NCBI GenBank assembly: GCA_001800315.1
Contig: MGVE01000013.1
Location: forward strand, 2,238-66,237
Origin: Elusimicrobia bacterium RIFOXYA2_FULL_47_53
GTDB lineage: Bacteria; Elusimicrobiota; Endomicrobiia; Endomicrobiales; XYA2-FULL-47-53
Direction of reading: 5' to 3'
Length of the DNA: 64,000 nt
Numbering within the stretch: position 1 is the stretch's first letter; the number at the start of each line of letters is the position of its first letter. Position numbers and translations under genes: made by a program. The notes under the pieces were generated by a model, which was not told the origin of the DNA, did not search any database, and saw only the letters and a list, made by a program, of their open reading frames with translations. Below are positions 60,942 through 64,000 of the stretch, piece after piece.

Positions 60942-61571
60942 TTATTTAATTTGTTTTTTTTGTTTTTCTTTTGCTTCTTTGATGGCGGCTAAAATCGCTT
61001 CGTCCTTTGTTGAAGACTCTATCCGCGAGAGCGATTCTTCCGAAAACCTGCCGCCTATGCCAGCTATCGCCTCAACGCAGGTTTTATTGAGCGCCGGGTA
61101 CTGGCTGGCCGCGGCGGCTTCCAGCGAAGGAATCGCGAGCTCGTCTTTTATTATTCCAAGAACTCTAGCTATCTGAATTCTCACATAGGTTCTTTTATCT
61201 TTCAGCAGATAGTCGTTCAGGTGCGGCACCGCTTTTGAGCCGAGCTTTACAAGCTGGTTTTTTCCGAAAGTCTGATCAGATATCTGAGCTGTTGACCCGA
61301 GCTTGTTGACATAAAGCTTTACCCTGCCCGCGAGGTCCTTGGGCGCTCCGCCGGCCGGCTGGGGCTGGTCTGACTGAATCATCGGAATGGGCTGCGCGGC
61401 AACCGTTGAACTGGATTTGTCCGTATAGCCGTACTTCTTAATGTATTCCTGAATCTCGGCGTTAGCGTCGGCAGGCGGCTGCTGCTGTTCGCCCTGCTCA
61501 GCGCCGTAAATTTCAGTTTGAAGCGTAATAATAGCGGCAAAAATCAAGCAAACAAAAATTATTCTGCTCAA
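60942..61571 (-). CDS. Secreted HEAT-repeat-like protein, unknown function
   Basis: 209 aa, TTG start. Signal peptide, Gln/Pro-rich linker, and HEAT/PBS-lyase-like repeats (VRIQIARVLGIIKDELAIPSLEAAA...CVEAIAGIGG). Confidence 0.5.
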   Translation of the reverse strand: MSRIIFVCLIFAAIITLQTEIYGAEQGEQQQPPADANAEIQEYIKKYGYTDKSSSTVAAQPIPMIQSDQPQPAGGAPKDLAGRVKLYVNKLGSTAQISDQTFGKNQLVKLGSKAVPHLNDYLLKDKRTYVRIQIARVLGIIKDELAIPSLEAAAASQYPALNKTCVEAIAGIGGRFSEESLSRIESSTKDEAILAAIKEAKEKQKKQIK

Positions 61572-61601
61572 AGGTAACCTCTGAAGGCATTCAAATTTGA
61601 T

Positions 61602-62201
61602 TTACAGCATTTCGCGGCGGCCTTCCAAAGCCCGGGAGAGGGTAATCTCGTCTGCGTACTCCAAATCCCCTCCGACAGGAAGGCCGTAACCAAGGCGGGT
61701 AACTCTTATTCCAAGTGGTTTAATCTGTTCTGCCAGGTATAAAGCCGTGGTTTCGCCTTTTGAGTCCGTGTCCGTTGCAATAATGAGTTCCTGTATTTTA
61801 TCTTTTTTTAATCTATTAATCAACTCCCGGACCCGTATCTCGCCGGGACCGACCCCGTCAAGAGGCGAAAGGGCGCCGCCAAGCACGAAATAAAGCCCGT
61901 TATAGTTTTTAACCTGCGAGAGAGCCAGAAGGTCCTGCGGGGTCTCTACTATACAAAGAATGTCCTGAGCCCTGTTAGGGTCCGTGCATATAGCGCAGGG
62001 GTCTTTCTCGCTTAAATTGTAGCAACGGGCGCAGACGCGGAGAGAATCTTTTGCCTGCCTTATAGCTTCAATCAACTCGTTGACTTCAATCTGCGGTGAT
62101 TTCAGGAGAAAATAACTCAGGCGCTCGGCCATTTTGGGGCCAACGCCCGGGAGCCTGCGGAGCGACTCTATTAATCTTTCAATTGCCTGCGGCCTGTTCA
62201 T
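61602..62201 (-). CDS. recR: Recombination protein RecR
   Basis: 199 aa. RLPGVGPKMAERL helix-hairpin-helix, C4 zinc finger CARCYNLSEKDPCAIC, Toprim domain. Confidence 0.9.
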   Translation of the reverse strand: MNRPQAIERLIESLRRLPGVGPKMAERLSYFLLKSPQIEVNELIEAIRQAKDSLRVCARCYNLSEKDPCAICTDPNRAQDILCIVETPQDLLALSQVKNYNGLYFVLGGALSPLDGVGPGEIRVRELINRLKKDKIQELIIATDTDSKGETTALYLAEQIKPLGIRVTRLGYGLPVGGDLEYADEITLSRALEGRREML

Positions 62202-62204
62202 ATT

Positions 62205-63893
62205 TTATGCCGGTTTTTCGCTGCTTTTTTTAACTACCTTGCCCGGAAACTTGTTTAAAACCTTATTTATTCCCTTAGGGAGCTCGCCTTTGGTGTCGGT
62301 CAAATCGGCTTCAACCTGAAAAACTTCTTTAATAGGGGCCTCAACCGCCTCATCTTCAACAATGACTTCTTCTTCAACCACGGTTTCCTGAGGTTTGACA
62401 CTGACTATCTGGATTTGGAGGCCGAGCCTGCGCCCTGCCTTTTTCTCAACAGCGTCTTCAATGACAGCCTGATTATTCTTAATGCCGTCCTGCTGAAAAT
62501 TGCTGACCGCGCCGATAATAAAATTGTTTCCAGTGATGCTTTTAGCCAAACTGCCGTCAAGCATGTTGCCTATCCTGGGCCTCTCCGCTTTAAGCTCGCG
62601 CACTATATCCTGCCACATCCTGGCTATATCGGACGGCGCGGCCGACTGAGTGGCCCGCGCGGGCGGTTGGGAAGGTTTGGGCTCGGAACCCGCGGACGGC
62701 GCGGGAGCCGCGGCCTCGTATTTCTCTTCAGGGGCGGGTTCGGAAACGCTGTAGCCGCCCGCCGAAACATTCTTTTCAAGAGATTCAATTCTCTCAATTA
62801 ATTCCTTAACCGACTCAAACGGCTGGGCAAGCCTTAGCATATGAAGTTCCAAAACAAGCCTCGGCTGTTCGCTCCAGCGCAGTTCGTCAAGCGCGCGGGA
62901 AAGCATGTGCCCCGAACGAATAAGCCAGGGAACCGAAAAAATTGTTTTTCTCTTCTCAAGCTCTTTTAACTCGTCAGGGGTCACTTCAAGGACCGAAGAG
63001 TTGAGGCTTAGGATCATCAGGTATCTTAAGTGTTCGCGCAGGTCTCTGGCGTACTGCAGAAGGCTGTAACCCTGTTCGCTTATCTCCTTAATGATTGAAA
63101 GCAGTTTCGCACTGTCGTTTTTTGAAAGCGCGTCTATGGTGGAATAAATTATTTCTTTAGGAAGGAAACCGAGCAGGCTTTGCATGTCTCCGAGCTTTAC
63201 TTCGCCCGACACGAATGAAACCGCCTGGTCAAGCATGCTCAAAGCGTCTCTTAAAGAACCGCCGGCCGAAGTGGTGATGGTCTGCAGGGCCGCGGGCTCA
63301 ATGCGGAAACTCTCGGCCTCTACGAGCCGCTGAAGCGAATCCATTATCTCTTTGGAAGACAGGAGCCTGAAACGGTACCGCTGGCAGCGGGAAAGTATGG
63401 TAAGAGGAATTTTCTGCGATTCGGTCGTGGCCAGAATGAAAACAACATGCTCCGGAGGTTCTTCAAGCGTCTTAAGCAGGGCGTTAAAAGCCGCGTCGGT
63501 TATCTGGTGGGCCTCGTCTATTATATATATTTTGTATTTTGAAGAGGCCGGCGCGAATTTGACATTATCACGCAAAGCCCTTATCTCGTCAATGCCGCGG
63601 TTTGAGGCTCCGTCTATCTCCTGAACATCCACACTTGTTCCAGCGGCTATCTCAACGCAGTTCGGGCAATGGCCGCAGGGATCGTGAGTAGGGCCTTGCT
63701 TGCAGTTTAAGGATTTGGCAAGTATCCTTGCCGTAGTGGTCTTGCCGACTCCCCTGGGCCCGGAAAAAAGATACGCGTGCGCGACACGATTTTCAGAAAT
63801 GGCGTTTTTCAGGGTTTTGGATACATGTTCCTGGCCGACAATCTGGTCAAAGTTTTTGGGCCTGTATTTTCTGGCTAAGACTACATATGACAT
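62205..63893 (-). CDS. dnaX: DNA polymerase III subunit gamma/tau
   Basis: 562 aa. LARKYRPKNFDQIVGQEHV, AHAYLFSGPRGVGKTT (Walker A), zinc module CGHCPNC, IYIIDEAHQ. Confidence 0.9.
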   Translation of the reverse strand: MSYVVLARKYRPKNFDQIVGQEHVSKTLKNAISENRVAHAYLFSGPRGVGKTTTARILAKSLNCKQGPTHDPCGHCPNCVEIAAGTSVDVQEIDGASNRGIDEIRALRDNVKFAPASSKYKIYIIDEAHQITDAAFNALLKTLEEPPEHVVFILATTESQKIPLTILSRCQRYRFRLLSSKEIMDSLQRLVEAESFRIEPAALQTITTSAGGSLRDALSMLDQAVSFVSGEVKLGDMQSLLGFLPKEIIYSTIDALSKNDSAKLLSIIKEISEQGYSLLQYARDLREHLRYLMILSLNSSVLEVTPDELKELEKRKTIFSVPWLIRSGHMLSRALDELRWSEQPRLVLELHMLRLAQPFESVKELIERIESLEKNVSAGGYSVSEPAPEEKYEAAAPAPSAGSEPKPSQPPARATQSAAPSDIARMWQDIVRELKAERPRIGNMLDGSLAKSITGNNFIIGAVSNFQQDGIKNNQAVIEDAVEKKAGRRLGLQIQIVSVKPQETVVEEEVIVEDEAVEAPIKEVFQVEADLTDTKGELPKGINKVLNKFPGKVVKKSSEKPA

Positions 63894-63914
63894 GCTGGCT
63901 CCGATGGCAAGTAT

Positions 63915-64000
63915 TGAATTGTGAGCTTAAAGTTTACAAGTTGTAAGCTTTAAGTTATAAGACAAAAAAACAGTTTATTGAAGTCTGATTCACAACCTTG
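63915..64000. repeat. Start of another hairpin-repeat array
   Basis: gcttaaagtttacaagttgtaagctttaagttataag matches the taagttataag/ttgtaag modules at 18575-18600 and 25885-25930. Confidence 0.5.

Noticed and set aside
62205-63893. Programmed -1 frameshift site for a gamma subunit in dnaX
   Set aside because: The only A-rich slippery-like run in the coding sense (GTT AAA AAA AGC near 62222-62233) lies about eight codons upstream of the stop (62222-62233). It cannot generate a meaningful truncated product.

Overview
This 64-kb window comes from an unidentified bacterium, probably anaerobic and uncultivated. GC looks like roughly 45-50% by eye, with two clearly AT-rich patches. It holds about 60 genes, and all but one (hcp) are on the minus strand.

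(i) 1-36.6 kb is one very large exopolysaccharide / PEP-CTERM-exosortase locus:
- a Mor-like regulator and two small PEP-CTERM proteins;
- a priming sugar transferase that itself carries an internal PEP-CTERM signal;
- a polytopic membrane protein, a TPR lipoprotein, exosortase, EpsI and a Wza-like exporter;
- a fused chain-length-determinant/BY-tyrosine kinase and an outer-membrane barrel;
- a module of VanZ-like protein, ACP, AsnB-like amidotransferase and acyl-CoA ligase;
- a WbpG-like PP-loop enzyme, an SGNH-like esterase and a GNAT/FemAB-like protein;
- GT4 and GT2 transferases, Wzy-like and Wzx-like proteins, and a pyruvyl transferase;
- a second AsnB, two paralogous deacetylase-like proteins, and a partial secreted beta-helix protein that the ORF track misses.

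(ii) 37-47 kb holds an HMA-CDF metal exporter, two radical-SAM enzymes, Rrf2 divergent from hcp, a SulP transporter and hypothetical proteins.

(iii) 47.2-57.3 kb is a mosaic plasticity zone ending at tRNA-Asn(GUU). It contains a pseudogene fragment, a flavodoxin-like protein, an NSS transporter with an unlisted 38-aa small ORF, BrnT/BrnA, two repeat families (X and Y) in permuted arrangements, an AT-rich four-gene islet of secreted proteins, and att-like copies of the tRNA 3' end.

(iv) 57.2-63.9 kb holds a DUF4160/DUF2442 pair, porGDAB, a HEAT-like protein, recR and dnaX.

Intergenic regions carry mosaic arrays of short hairpin repeats that show compensatory stem changes. I found no CRISPR array, rRNA, integrase or transposase.

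All functional calls rest on motifs read from the translations and on recalled family knowledge. No database search was possible.
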